DNA of 64,000 bases from a virus, in the IMG/VR virus record IMGVR_UViG_3300038809_000021, positions 7,782 through 71,781 of that record; one strand, written 5' to 3'. The notes below the pieces were generated by a model. The model saw only the letters and a list, made by a program, of their open reading frames with translations. It had not been told where the DNA came from and made no database searches. A program made the position numbers and the translations under genes. Position 1 is the first letter of the stretch. The number at the start of each line of letters is the position of its first letter. Shown one piece after another: positions 19,601-28,162 of this stretch.

Positions 19601-20218
19601 AGCGGCAAGTTCGAACTGTCCGAGTTCGTGGAATACGTGCTGAAAGAGTTCATCAAGATTCAACTGGCCAAGCAGATGGCGGCCGCAGCAGAAGCCATCG
19701 GTGGTTCGGGTGGCGGTGGTGGGTTGTTGGGCGGTCTGTTCAGCATGGCCGGCAGCTACTTCGGTGGCGGTGGTGGCGGCAATGGGATGGCAGCAGGTTC
19801 TGCTGGCGCAACTTCCTCGAATCTGGGTGCATCGCAAGCCGGCTACAGCAGCAAGTATTTCGCCAACGGCGGCATCATGACCGAGTACGGCGAACTGGCT
19901 TTGAAGAAGTACGCCAATGGTGGTGTTGCTCGCACGCCGCAGGTTGCAATCTACGGTGAGGGGTCGGGTGCAGAAGCCTACGTCCCTCTGCCAGACGGTC
20001 GCACCATCCCGGTTACAATGTCGGGCAGCGGTGGCGGGGAAAGCTCGCAGAAAACGGGGTCGGTACCGGTTGAGGTCAACGTCTACAACCAGGGCGGTGA
20101 ACAAATGGCCGCGACCAGCAACAGTCAGTTCGACGGCGAGAAGATGGTGGTCGACATCATGCTCAAGAAGCTGCAAACGCCTGGTCCGGTTCGTGATGCA
20201 GTTAAAGGAGTCAAGTAA
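16676..20218 (+). CDS. Tail tape measure protein
   Basis: 1180 aa; N-terminal tape-measure domain (SPFSLTAITDTFVKL ... GVVSMEELRQQLGE); C-terminal FANGG ... GEGSGAEAYVPL. Confidence 0.95.
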   Translation: MALGQLVLELKLNGNEFTVGLKSASGQLGQFIAGTQRANQSVTRASESTKKWGNVLRDTVIGLALVRDAVRTLADVTVGWQAAIVKVNGDMERSIALMKGFSSQRDTVSAAAEAVGDVTKLLQRASTSPFSLTAITDTFVKLRVGGVDPAAKSLNTLVDSVAAFGGSGENLKRAGVAIQQMAGKGVVSMEELRQQLGEAVPTAINAMADGLGTTYAKLVKEISQGKVSSKPAIQAMMEQLELSFKGSASNLMNTWGGAVAGFETGVKKIAVAFGGLGETGYEDGGYLKTVTNELKGLTAVMNSPEILNSAREVGKAIAELVKTAADGAKWIIANRDAIYGWGKALLYLWLAFKGASIIGSVMGTAGAAISKLSMAMIQMRMQGLSATAALRAQAVAMSGFNSSAAIAAGGFARIATGSAAAGIAVRGLGAALGVIAGPIGLVITLAASLGLAWYESAKGAKAAEDAVLALNGALTDNNQLKILSDKRASVKEEYDNEFGKNKGVVTIGQYGSYNTIAEYQAAKAKKEAEMKSLDDTFFKARVKVAENYASQEADAAIQANDAAVGEVSRNYTLNQRDLMKQFTEEAKKSGKAFDDEGYRKALKQIGIVKLEDEIDLYKGAKKAAEDAIEKIAPQGKKSQIDQTQLVQLKAAQKQVEAYTTKIAEAETQMMELGKISLADTIVNGKGKDDGKPKFDALSIWVDKLAVKYGNLTAKAEEANPYLGELAAVVESLDGKKLPNFDAEYAKAQKLAEGYWAAEKAMKAITTAQTEYKNGASRLDAIQDLVNAKLNKVENLNPWEKASADSQRYEDELQDLTAELEKTKKAAYDAQVDGRGESFLKKLEEEGVATAAKMEEVRATIEKLKVADTGKKMREDADSISEGLLEPDEKARVQYDRQTAWAEEFYRNHQDQLNQDSVALAAYYDYRGSLDAQFQRDTESGLDAWIRQNKDATEEYKSLWGSAMDKFNDTLVDGLTSGKFELSEFVEYVLKEFIKIQLAKQMAAAAEAIGGSGGGGGLLGGLFSMAGSYFGGGGGGNGMAAGSAGATSSNLGASQAGYSSKYFANGGIMTEYGELALKKYANGGVARTPQVAIYGEGSGAEAYVPLPDGRTIPVTMSGSGGGESSQKTGSVPVEVNVYNQGGEQMAATSNSQFDGEKMVVDIMLKKLQTPGPVRDAVKGVK

Positions 20219-20583
20219 TGGCAGACGCAGTGTTTCCAGCGAACCTGACGAAGATTCAGGACAGCCAGTATTTCTCGGTTGAGCAGGAAGACAACGCGAT
20301 CAAAGGTGAAACAGATGGTGGGTACGTCAGTGCCCGCCCTCGTCACACCCGCAGGCCGCGCCGAACCTTCACAACGGGGTATACGGACATCAGTCACGCT
20401 GACTATCTGTCAGCGCTGGCCTTCTACGAACTCGTGGGCACCTACAAGGTGTTCACGTACACGGATCGAACCACCGGGGTTGTCTACAGGGTTCGATTCG
20501 ACAAGCCGCCGAAGTGGGCCTACAAGGGCATGGGCGTTGCCAAGATGTGGAGCTGCACAGCGATCACATTGAAGGAGGCTTGA
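20218..20583 (+). CDS. Distal tail protein (lambda gpM-like)
   Basis: 121 aa after TMP; DGGYVSARPR ... YRVRF pattern. Confidence 0.75.
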   Translation: MADAVFPANLTKIQDSQYFSVEQEDNAIKGETDGGYVSARPRHTRRPRRTFTTGYTDISHADYLSALAFYELVGTYKVFTYTDRTTGVVYRVRFDKPPKWAYKGMGVAKMWSCTAITLKEA

Positions 20584-20596
20584 CACACGCGCTATA

Positions 20597-20626
20597 CTGG
20601 CGATCCAAAATCCCATGGATCGCCAG
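20597..20626 (+). promoter_or_regulatory. Perfect 10-bp hairpin ending 2 nt before the GTG start of the gpL-like gene
   Basis: CTGGCGATCC / GGATCGCCAG. Confidence 0.6.
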
Positions 20627-20628
20627 CC

Positions 20629-21279
20629 GTGAAAAACCTCTCCCTCTCTTCGATTGTCGAAGCGAACAGCTTCTCCAGTTCGGACACGGCCTGGCTGATT
20701 GCCCTCAAAGTACACGTTCGCAATCACCAGACCGGCGCCGAAGTCGCACAAATCCGCGTCATCAATAACTCCGAAATCACCATCATCGAAGGCGAACCCT
20801 ACGAGCCGATGTCTTTCAGCATCGACTTCAAGGAAGAGACCAACACCCTGCCGAGCGTGACGATCACGATCCAGGACCAGGCTGAGTTGGTCGGCCCGTA
20901 CATGCAGCGCTATGCGGGCGGCGTTGGCTTCGATGTGGAAGTGATGATCGTGCAGGGCAAGCACGACGACCATCCGCTTGATCAGGCGCTGGCCAGCGTT
21001 GAACCCGAGCTGGTCGAGTTCTTCACCATCACCAACGGCGGCTACAAGGACTACGTGGCGTCGTGGACCCTGGGCGCGGAGAACCCGCTAAAGCGCATGT
21101 TCCCGCTGCGCAAGCAAGAAGACAACCAGTGCAGCTTCCGCTACAAAGACCCGGCCACCTGCGGGTACAACGGGCCGAAGCCTACCTGTGACCTGACCCT
21201 GGACGGGGTGAACGGCTGCCGAGCGCATCAGAACACCAAGAACTACGGGGCGTACCCCGGCATCATCGTGCGAGGCTGA
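20629..21279 (+). CDS. Tail tip protein (lambda gpL-like)
   Basis: C-terminal Cys cluster CSFRYKDPATCGY ... CDLTLDGVNGC ... NYGAYPGI. Confidence 0.85.
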   Translation: MKNLSLSSIVEANSFSSSDTAWLIALKVHVRNHQTGAEVAQIRVINNSEITIIEGEPYEPMSFSIDFKEETNTLPSVTITIQDQAELVGPYMQRYAGGVGFDVEVMIVQGKHDDHPLDQALASVEPELVEFFTITNGGYKDYVASWTLGAENPLKRMFPLRKQEDNQCSFRYKDPATCGYNGPKPTCDLTLDGVNGCRAHQNTKNYGAYPGIIVRG

Positions 21280-21280
21280 C

Positions 21281-21658
21281 ATGGATACCACTGGAGTTGT
21301 TGGGACGCCCTTCAAGTACGGTGGCCGAAGCCTCGCAGATGGGGCTCTCGACTGCTACGGGGTTGTGCGTGTGATGTCTGAGCGAGCAGGGAAGCAGCTT
21401 CCCGAGCGCAGCGTAAGTGAAGATCACAGACTGATTCATGCGATGATGGCGGGTCAGATGAATACCTGGAAGAAGCTCGACCGACCTGTACCGGGTTGCG
21501 TCGTGCTTTTTCGCATCAAGAAGATGCCCTGTCACATCGGCTACATGCTGGACGAGTTCGAGTTTATCCACGCCTGGGAGGGTTCCAATGGGGCCGTCGT
21601 TGAGCAGCTAAGCACCTGGGAAAAGAGAATTGAGGGCTTCTATGAATACGTTGGTTGA
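21281..21658 (+). CDS. NlpC/P60 tail-associated peptidase (lambda gpK-like)
   Basis: GTPFKYGGR ... LDCYG ... HIG ... FIHA catalytic pattern. Confidence 0.9.
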   Translation: MDTTGVVGTPFKYGGRSLADGALDCYGVVRVMSERAGKQLPERSVSEDHRLIHAMMAGQMNTWKKLDRPVPGCVVLFRIKKMPCHIGYMLDEFEFIHAWEGSNGAVVEQLSTWEKRIEGFYEYVG

Positions 21659-24600
21659 GACTGAGGTTGCAAAGCCACAAGTCCTCTTTATCTACATCGA
21701 AAACCCGATGCAGCCGGCAGAGTCGCGTGTTCTGGTAAGCCAGGACTATGACGCTGCGCGCACGCTCTCCGATTGCCTGGGTCCGCTCGAAGGCGACTGG
21801 GCAGTTTCTGTCTCTGGTCTGGTGATCCCTCGTGATCAGTGGCCAGAAGTTTTCCTGCGCGAGAACGACTGCATCGTGGTTGCCCCGCTGATTCTGGGCG
21901 GTGGTCAAGGCGGTGGCGGTAAGCAGATCATGCGACTGGTGGCCCTGGCCGCCCTGACCTACTTCACAGCAGGTGCTGCGGCCGGTGTTGCAGGTGCAAT
22001 CGGTGTGACCTCTGCCGGTGGTATCGCTCTGGTGGGCGCGGGCATGATCATGGCCGGTACGATGGCGATCAACGCCCTCTTGCCGCCTGCACAGCCGAAA
22101 GTCCCAACCAGCGGCAACGACTACGACTCCAGCCCAACCTACGGCATCGACGGCCCGAAGAACATGAGTACCCGGAGCATCCCGGTACCGGTGATCTACG
22201 GTGAGTGCTGGTTCGCGGGCAACTTCATCCAGTCCTACATCGACAACGTGGGCGACGACCAGTATCTGAACCTGCTGATCAACGTCGGTGAAGGGCCAAT
22301 CGAAGGCATTCAGGAAATCCAAGTCAACGATCAGCCGATGAACAACTTCGTCGGCGTCGAGACCTGGTTCCGTGACGGCTCCGAAAACCAGCAGATGATC
22401 CCGTACTTCGACGACATCATTGTGCCGGTCAACCGCAGTGTGAACCTGACCAACGCTGTGTACACCGTTCACACTGTAGAGTCGCCGGTCGATCGCCTGC
22501 GCCTGGACTTCGTGCTGCCAGCCGGTTTCAACCACCTGGACGACGAAGACGGCATGGTTGCGACAACCGTGCAATGGACTGCTGAGATTCGTGAAGTCGG
22601 TACCGGCGCATGGCAGCCGTTCACCGGTGGCGATCGTGTGCTGACTGTCAGCGGTAAGCAGATGTCGGCCGCACGCCGCAGCTATTACAGCCAGACCCTG
22701 GATCGGAACAAGCGCTACGAGATTCGCTGCATCCACAACCAGGCGACTGACGACAGCAACACCAGCAACAAGGTGACGCTCTCGGACGTCAACTACATCA
22801 CCTTCGACGACATGACCTACAAGCACACCGCGCTGCTGGGCATGCGTATCAAGCTGTCCGATCAACTGAACGGTCTGCCAACGGTCAAGTATCGCGTCAA
22901 GGGTCGCAAGGTTCCGGTCTACAACGTGCTGACCGGCAACTACGTCGAGACCTGGACCGATAACCCGGCCTGGATCACCCTCGACGTTCTGATGAACAAG
23001 CGCTACGGCGGCCAGTTGTCTGCCAACCGCATGAAGATGGACTACTTCCGCAAGTGGGCGACCTTCTGCACTCAGAACAACCTCAAGTTCAACGGCGCCA
23101 TCGACCAGCGCACCAACTTGTGGGACGCCTGCGCACCAATCTGCAAAGTGGGCCGGGCGCAGCTCGTTCGCTCGGGTACCAAGTTCCAGGTGTCGCTTGT
23201 TCGCAAGACCACACCGGTTCAGTTGTTCTCGATGGCCAGCGTCAAGAAGGGTTCGCTCTCCATCGACTGGATGGCCAGCGACGAGCGCGCCAACGAAGTG
23301 CATGTGAGCTACTTCGACAAGGGCGACCAGGGCAAACAGAAGACCGTCATCGTCGCCAACGAAGCAGCACGCGAGCGCGGTGAAGAAGCCCGGCCGACCG
23401 AAGTGACTCTGTACGGTGTGGACAACATCGATCAGGCCACTCGTGAAGGCACGCTGGCCATGAACATGCAGCAGCTCTTGCAGACCATCAGCTTCGAAGC
23501 ACCAGTCGAAGCGATTGCCTGCACCCTGGGCGATGTCATTGCGATCCAGCACGACATGCCTGACTGGGGTCAAGGCGGCTTCACAGAAGTGGGCAGCACG
23601 AAGACCAAGCTTGTCATTGATCACCCTGTCTCCATGCCTCTGGGCGGCAGCTACGTGGTGCAGGTTCGCCACGACAGTCTGTTGCAGGGCACCTGGGAAG
23701 CAGAAGCGGTCGTGGGCAACATCGTCGTGCCGACTGGCCCGTTCAACGTCCAGATGTTTGATCGGTACCGTCGTCTCGTGACACCTGGCACCGGCAAGGA
23801 CTACGAAATCGAAGAGCCTGTGATTGACCAGTTCGGTCGTCACGGTCTGCGGTTGTCTTCGACTGCCGGTATCAAAGTGGGCGACACGATTCAGTTGTGG
23901 GACACCAACGTCATTGAGACGCGCAACGTCGCAGCCTTTGACGGGGAGACTATGACGATCACCCCGACTGTCCCATTCAGCGCTGTCCCGCGTGCAGAGA
24001 GCCCGTGGGCATTCGGTCTGTATGAGTCTGTCACCCAAATGCTGACTGTGATGAACATCAGCGGCAAGGATGACATGTGGAAGCAGATCAGCGGCATCGA
24101 GTACAAGGACGACGCCTACGATGACACGGTGATCGACTACCGCCCTGACCCAACCAACACCAGCCCTGACATGCCGGTGGTGAACTTCAACGGGTTCAAG
24201 GAACGTCGCTACCTGATCGGCGCCAGCTACACGTCCGACATCGAAATGACCTGGGCTTCCGCGGACATCAATTACAGCTACTGCGAAGTCCACATCAAGA
24301 TCGACGACGAGTCCTGGAAGTTCATGGACGCGAACGCCACCTTGTACACCCTGATCAACATCAGCTCGGGCAAGATTCAGCTCAAGCTGGTACCGGTGAC
24401 CATCGAAGGCTTCAAACCGAACTTTGGATCCGTGCCGACCTACACCTACGAAATCGTGGGTGGGGTTCCTCGTGTCCCACCAGTGCCGCTCAACTTCCGC
24501 CCAGGCGTGATCACCGGCGACATCATCGAGCTGCTGTGGGGCGACCTGGATGCCTGGTCTGCCGCGCAGAACGTCTACAAGTACGAGGTGTTTCACGCCG

Positions 24601-25565
24601 GGTACAAGGACGCCCGCATCGAAGATGCTCAACTGATCGCAGTGACCGGGAACAACCACTACCCGCACATCGGTCTTGAGCGCCTGAGCTGGCACACATA
24701 CTGGTTGCGTGCGACAAACACCCAGGCCAAGGACAGCAAGTCGCAGTTCGCCGGCCCGTTGAGCTTGCAGGTGATCGACAACGACCCATACGGTCTGGTC
24801 GACCTCACCAACATCGCCAACGACCTGCGCGAAGCAATCGACTATCCGAAGATTCTCGACGACCTGTCGGTGATCGTGGCCAACGCTACGACCAAGCTGG
24901 AAGAAGCGACCGACGAACAGAAGCAGGAAGTGTTCAACCGTGAGCAGGCGGTCGGTGATGTCCGGGCCTACGTGAACGAGACAGTCGGTGCAATCGCAGA
25001 CGAGAACGAAGCCCAGGCAATCCGCCTGACTACCCTCGAAGCGACCACCAACGCCGCGACACAGGCCAAGATCGACGAGCTGACCCAAGTGGTCGTGAAC
25101 GGCGACAGCAGCCTCGCGCAGCGTATCTCGCTGATGCAGGTGAAGTTCGCTGACGACCTCGCTGCCGGCTTGCTGGTAGAGCAGACAGCTCGTGCTGACG
25201 CAATCAGCGCCATCGCATCGCAAGTGACCACGCTGAACAGCACGGTCGGTGAGAACAACGCCAGCCTGCAACAGACCATGAAAGTGGTTGACGGCATCAG
25301 CGCCCAGTACACGCTGCGGGTGGACATCAACGGCATCGTCTCGGGCTTCGGTCTGGCAACGGGCGCCGGTGGTACTTCTGAGTTTGCGATCATGGCAACC
25401 CGGTTCAAGATTTACGGACCAGGCCCAGGCGGTACCGTCGTGAAGACTCCAGTCTTCTCGGTGAACACTGAAACCGGTGTTGCGTACCTGCGAAACGCGG
25501 TGGTTGGTGACTTGTCGAGCGACAACTACATTTCTGGTGTGTCGGGGTGGTGCCTAAAAAAGTAG
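21642..25565 (+). CDS. Central tail fibre / host specificity protein J (gpI-J fusion), short form 1307 aa
   Basis: Ubiquitin-like gpI N-terminus, PVPVIYGE, FN3-like region, coiled coil and DUF1983-like C-terminus (YTLRVDINGIVSGFGL); stops abruptly at GWCLKK. Confidence 0.92.
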   Translation: MNTLVETEVAKPQVLFIYIENPMQPAESRVLVSQDYDAARTLSDCLGPLEGDWAVSVSGLVIPRDQWPEVFLRENDCIVVAPLILGGGQGGGGKQIMRLVALAALTYFTAGAAAGVAGAIGVTSAGGIALVGAGMIMAGTMAINALLPPAQPKVPTSGNDYDSSPTYGIDGPKNMSTRSIPVPVIYGECWFAGNFIQSYIDNVGDDQYLNLLINVGEGPIEGIQEIQVNDQPMNNFVGVETWFRDGSENQQMIPYFDDIIVPVNRSVNLTNAVYTVHTVESPVDRLRLDFVLPAGFNHLDDEDGMVATTVQWTAEIREVGTGAWQPFTGGDRVLTVSGKQMSAARRSYYSQTLDRNKRYEIRCIHNQATDDSNTSNKVTLSDVNYITFDDMTYKHTALLGMRIKLSDQLNGLPTVKYRVKGRKVPVYNVLTGNYVETWTDNPAWITLDVLMNKRYGGQLSANRMKMDYFRKWATFCTQNNLKFNGAIDQRTNLWDACAPICKVGRAQLVRSGTKFQVSLVRKTTPVQLFSMASVKKGSLSIDWMASDERANEVHVSYFDKGDQGKQKTVIVANEAARERGEEARPTEVTLYGVDNIDQATREGTLAMNMQQLLQTISFEAPVEAIACTLGDVIAIQHDMPDWGQGGFTEVGSTKTKLVIDHPVSMPLGGSYVVQVRHDSLLQGTWEAEAVVGNIVVPTGPFNVQMFDRYRRLVTPGTGKDYEIEEPVIDQFGRHGLRLSSTAGIKVGDTIQLWDTNVIETRNVAAFDGETMTITPTVPFSAVPRAESPWAFGLYESVTQMLTVMNISGKDDMWKQISGIEYKDDAYDDTVIDYRPDPTNTSPDMPVVNFNGFKERRYLIGASYTSDIEMTWASADINYSYCEVHIKIDDESWKFMDANATLYTLINISSGKIQLKLVPVTIEGFKPNFGSVPTYTYEIVGGVPRVPPVPLNFRPGVITGDIIELLWGDLDAWSAAQNVYKYEVFHAGYKDARIEDAQLIAVTGNNHYPHIGLERLSWHTYWLRATNTQAKDSKSQFAGPLSLQVIDNDPYGLVDLTNIANDLREAIDYPKILDDLSVIVANATTKLEEATDEQKQEVFNREQAVGDVRAYVNETVGAIADENEAQAIRLTTLEATTNAATQAKIDELTQVVVNGDSSLAQRISLMQVKFADDLAAGLLVEQTARADAISAIASQVTTLNSTVGENNASLQQTMKVVDGISAQYTLRVDINGIVSGFGLATGAGGTSEFAIMATRFKIYGPGPGGTVVKTPVFSVNTETGVAYLRNAVVGDLSSDNYISGVSGWCLKK

Positions 25566-25600
25566 GGTCCATCACCCTGGAATATGACCCGGGTGATGGG
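25556..25600 (+). promoter_or_regulatory. Putative programmed -1 frameshift signal: A AAA AAG plus downstream stem-loop
   Basis: Heptamer 25556-25562 in frame just before TAG; 9-bp stem CCATCACCC (25569-25577) / GGGTGATGG (25591-25599); the -1 frame is open to 26173. Confidence 0.75.
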
Positions 25601-26173
25601 AACCTGATTTCTGAGGCTTTCGATGCAGAGTTCCACAACGCTCTGATCACCGGAGACATCAGCGCCCTGGAGGGAACATTCCAGGGCAGGCTGGACGTGA
25701 ACGCAATCGACGCAGTGAGCCGGCTGAACATCGCCGGCCGGGCAGTAGCAGTGACCCAGGTGTTTGAGTCGGCCGGGATCGTGGGTCAGACAGAGGGCTT
25801 CAACGATGATGGCGTCTATCGAACCTTGATGGCCATCGTCATCGAAGTCCCCTACGGGAATGGGAGTGGTTGCTGGGCTGACGTGATGATGCAGTACCAT
25901 GTGGTCGACTATAAGGGCGACGAGAACGCCGGTTTCCCTTGTCAGTACCGCATCTTGCTGGATGGTGTGCCCTACTTCACGAGCATCGCGGTGCCGTTTG
26001 GTAGCTTCTTCAACCGAAGCTGGGATCCAAACTTCATCCACCACATGCTGCTGTACCTCAGTGCCGGTCAGAACCATACCGTCGCGATTCAGTTCAGGTG
26101 GTTTGACCGAGACACAAACGTGTATCCTCGGTTCAGCGACCGGCGAATCCGAGTAGACATCATCAGGAAGTGA
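25562..26173 (+). CDS. J C-terminal tip module 1 (frameshift extension; fusion ~1510 aa)
   Basis: DAEFHNALITGDISALEGTFQGRLDVNAIDAVSRLNIAGRAV is the segment that normally follows the DUF1983-like region of J proteins. Confidence 0.75.
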   Translation, partial: VGSITLEYDPGDGNLISEAFDAEFHNALITGDISALEGTFQGRLDVNAIDAVSRLNIAGRAVAVTQVFESAGIVGQTEGFNDDGVYRTLMAIVIEVPYGNGSGCWADVMMQYHVVDYKGDENAGFPCQYRILLDGVPYFTSIAVPFGSFFNRSWDPNFIHHMLLYLSAGQNHTVAIQFRWFDRDTNVYPRFSDRRIRVDIIRK

Positions 26174-26174
26174 C

Positions 26175-26711
26175 ATGGCATTTGACACAACGAAAAACTA
26201 TGCCGAGTTCGGGAACGCCTTCTTTCGAGGGCGTTTGAAGGGCGCCACTGGCACAGCAAGATTCAAGCTCACAGCAGGGTCGGTGAATGCGGTCGATACG
26301 ATCAACATCGCCGGCAAGGCCGTGACCTATGACTGGCTGATTCAGTTTGGTGCGGCATCAGGGAGCGCAGGAGCTGTTCTCTATCAGACCGTGATCGACG
26401 TGATCGACGACGGCGTGTACATCGAATTCCTGGTCTACTGCGACACCAGAACCATTCTGCTGGACGGATCGTATCAGCCACTTGGCTACAACCGAAGCTT
26501 CTGGATCGACGGGGTGATGCAGCCGAACTATGTTGGCCACGATCCTGGGTTCAAGATTTGCCCGTACAACGCAGTTGTCCCGCTCGCCCGCGGTCAGCAC
26601 GTTCTGCAAATTCGAGCCAACCAGCGAAGCAACGGTCAACTGCCGTCCCCAAACTCGACAGACGCCTACATCTTCTGCCGATACATTCGACGCACAGGGA
26701 GCGACATCTGA
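26175..26711 (+). CDS. Stand-alone J-tip-like module 2
   Basis: YAEFGNAFFRGRLKGATGT ... VNAVDTINIAGKAV, paralogous to module 1. Confidence 0.75.
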   Translation: MAFDTTKNYAEFGNAFFRGRLKGATGTARFKLTAGSVNAVDTINIAGKAVTYDWLIQFGAASGSAGAVLYQTVIDVIDDGVYIEFLVYCDTRTILLDGSYQPLGYNRSFWIDGVMQPNYVGHDPGFKICPYNAVVPLARGQHVLQIRANQRSNGQLPSPNSTDAYIFCRYIRRTGSDI

Positions 26712-27286
26712 TGGCTGGTGAAGCCGAAGCGCAATTCAACACCAACTGCTGGATTCGAGGACGCATGGTCGGGATGACCGGCACCTTCTCGGGCACCTTC
26801 AAAGCGGAAGAGGTGGACATCATCCAGTACGCCAACATCCGCAATGGCGCGGTGTCGTCGTATTCGCAGTTCAGCCGCAAGAAGTTCCCAGGCGAAACAG
26901 CGATCCAAGACATGACCTGGGTGGTCGCACCGGTACCCAATGCGCCAGAGGGGACTCTCGTGGCGTTCACCATCCCAGTGAGCGTTCGAATCCAGGGTAC
27001 CGGCGCGATCATTCGGTTTCGACCGCCAAGGGTCACGCTGTGGCGAAATGGCGTGGTCATTCATGACGAAGTGTGGCGACTGCCCCTGAGCTATGACAGC
27101 CTGTTCTTTGCCCTGCGCTATATCGACCTCGACGTTTCACGGACAGAGCCGGTGACGTACCGAATCCTCATGCAGAACGGGGAGTGCGATAAGCGCTATC
27201 AGAACTCAGGCTCGGAGTTCTACACCGTGGACAGCCACAAGATTTCTAGCAAGGGCAAGGTGCTTACTAGCATCCGTAAAAAGTGA
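26711..27286 (+). CDS. Stand-alone J-tip-like module 3
   Basis: TGATG coupling; EAQFNTNCWIRGRMVGMTGTFSGTFKAEEVDIIQYANIRNGAV, paralogous to modules 1 and 2. Confidence 0.75.
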   Translation: MAGEAEAQFNTNCWIRGRMVGMTGTFSGTFKAEEVDIIQYANIRNGAVSSYSQFSRKKFPGETAIQDMTWVVAPVPNAPEGTLVAFTIPVSVRIQGTGAIIRFRPPRVTLWRNGVVIHDEVWRLPLSYDSLFFALRYIDLDVSRTEPVTYRILMQNGECDKRYQNSGSEFYTVDSHKISSKGKVLTSIRKK

Positions 27287-27326
27287 TGTGTAAGATAAAT
27301 CCATCTTCATTCAACCGAGAACTCAC

Positions 27327-27755
27327 ATGGTAAAGGGAACGATCTACAAAAAGTCTAATGGCCAGGTTGTCATGACCTGCCAGGGTCCAGACGAAAAGAA
27401 CGTCGAGCTGCAATGTATTCTGGATCCAGATTACGCCGCATACGTCGGCGAAGAGATTGACGGTGATAAGTTCTACTTCAAGGACGGCAAACCTGTTCCT
27501 CGCACCCCGCTGCCGATCACGATTGAGCCGCGCCGCCCTGACTCCGTTGAAAGCGAAATGAAACTGGGCAAGGGCGAGCTGCTGCGCGTGACCGGTATCC
27601 CAGATGGCACCCGTCTGATCGCACCCGGTCAGATCGACTTCATCGTGGACGACGGCTTCTTTGAATGGGAGACCGACATTCAGGGCACCTACAACTTCAC
27701 CCTCTACAAAGACCAGTCGTACACAGGAGTGACATTCAATGCCATCGTTGGGTAA
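27327..27755 (+). CDS. Putative tail fibre assembly protein
   Basis: 142 aa, IYKKSNGQVV ... FYFKDGKPVPR pattern; position after tip modules. Confidence 0.55.
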   Translation: MVKGTIYKKSNGQVVMTCQGPDEKNVELQCILDPDYAAYVGEEIDGDKFYFKDGKPVPRTPLPITIEPRRPDSVESEMKLGKGELLRVTGIPDGTRLIAPGQIDFIVDDGFFEWETDIQGTYNFTLYKDQSYTGVTFNAIVG

Positions 27756-28116
27756 GCACGACGCGCTGGCCTGGCGTGAGATTCGAGAAATCGACGACAT
27801 CGAAATCGCCAGGAAGGTGCATGAGTACCGGGTCGATACCAGCAAGGGCGTGTTGCAGTTCGACCCAACCAGCAAAGACCGTATGTACATGATCTTGCAG
27901 ACGATTAATGGCGGCGGGACCGTAGACTGGCAGATGGCCGATAACTCGACTGTGACGCTCGACTATGAATCGATGTCAGCCCTGATCGCTGAGGCTGAGT
28001 CTCTGGTCGGCCCTAAGCTAATCAGAGCGCACGACTACGCACAAACGCTCAAGACCCGCTTCAAGATCGGCGGACGCGTCACACAGCGCGAGGTCTCTGC
28101 CGAGAACTGGGTCTAG
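27739..28116 (+). CDS. DUF4376-like tail fibre chaperone
   Basis: LQFDPTSKDRM ... VDWQMADNSTVTLD motif. Confidence 0.7.
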   Translation: MPSLGKHDALAWREIREIDDIEIARKVHEYRVDTSKGVLQFDPTSKDRMYMILQTINGGGTVDWQMADNSTVTLDYESMSALIAEAESLVGPKLIRAHDYAQTLKTRFKIGGRVTQREVSAENWV

Positions 28117-28162
28117 CACAAAGTCCTGGTGTACACTATCCCCCTATTTAGGGGGATTTTTC

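Noticed and set aside
16742-25271. Very long minus-strand ORFs (1144 aa, 1235 aa; likewise 31000-33174, 33153-34991, 54433-56256)
   Set aside because: Exact antisense frames of genes with strong GC3 codon bias, which removes stops on the opposite strand; their translations have no protein-like features.
25562-27286. Diversity-generating retroelement or invertible shufflon at the tail tip
   Set aside because: No reverse transcriptase or invertase in the window, no near-identical template/variable repeats, no inverted cassettes or crossover sites; the modules resemble each other only at protein level.
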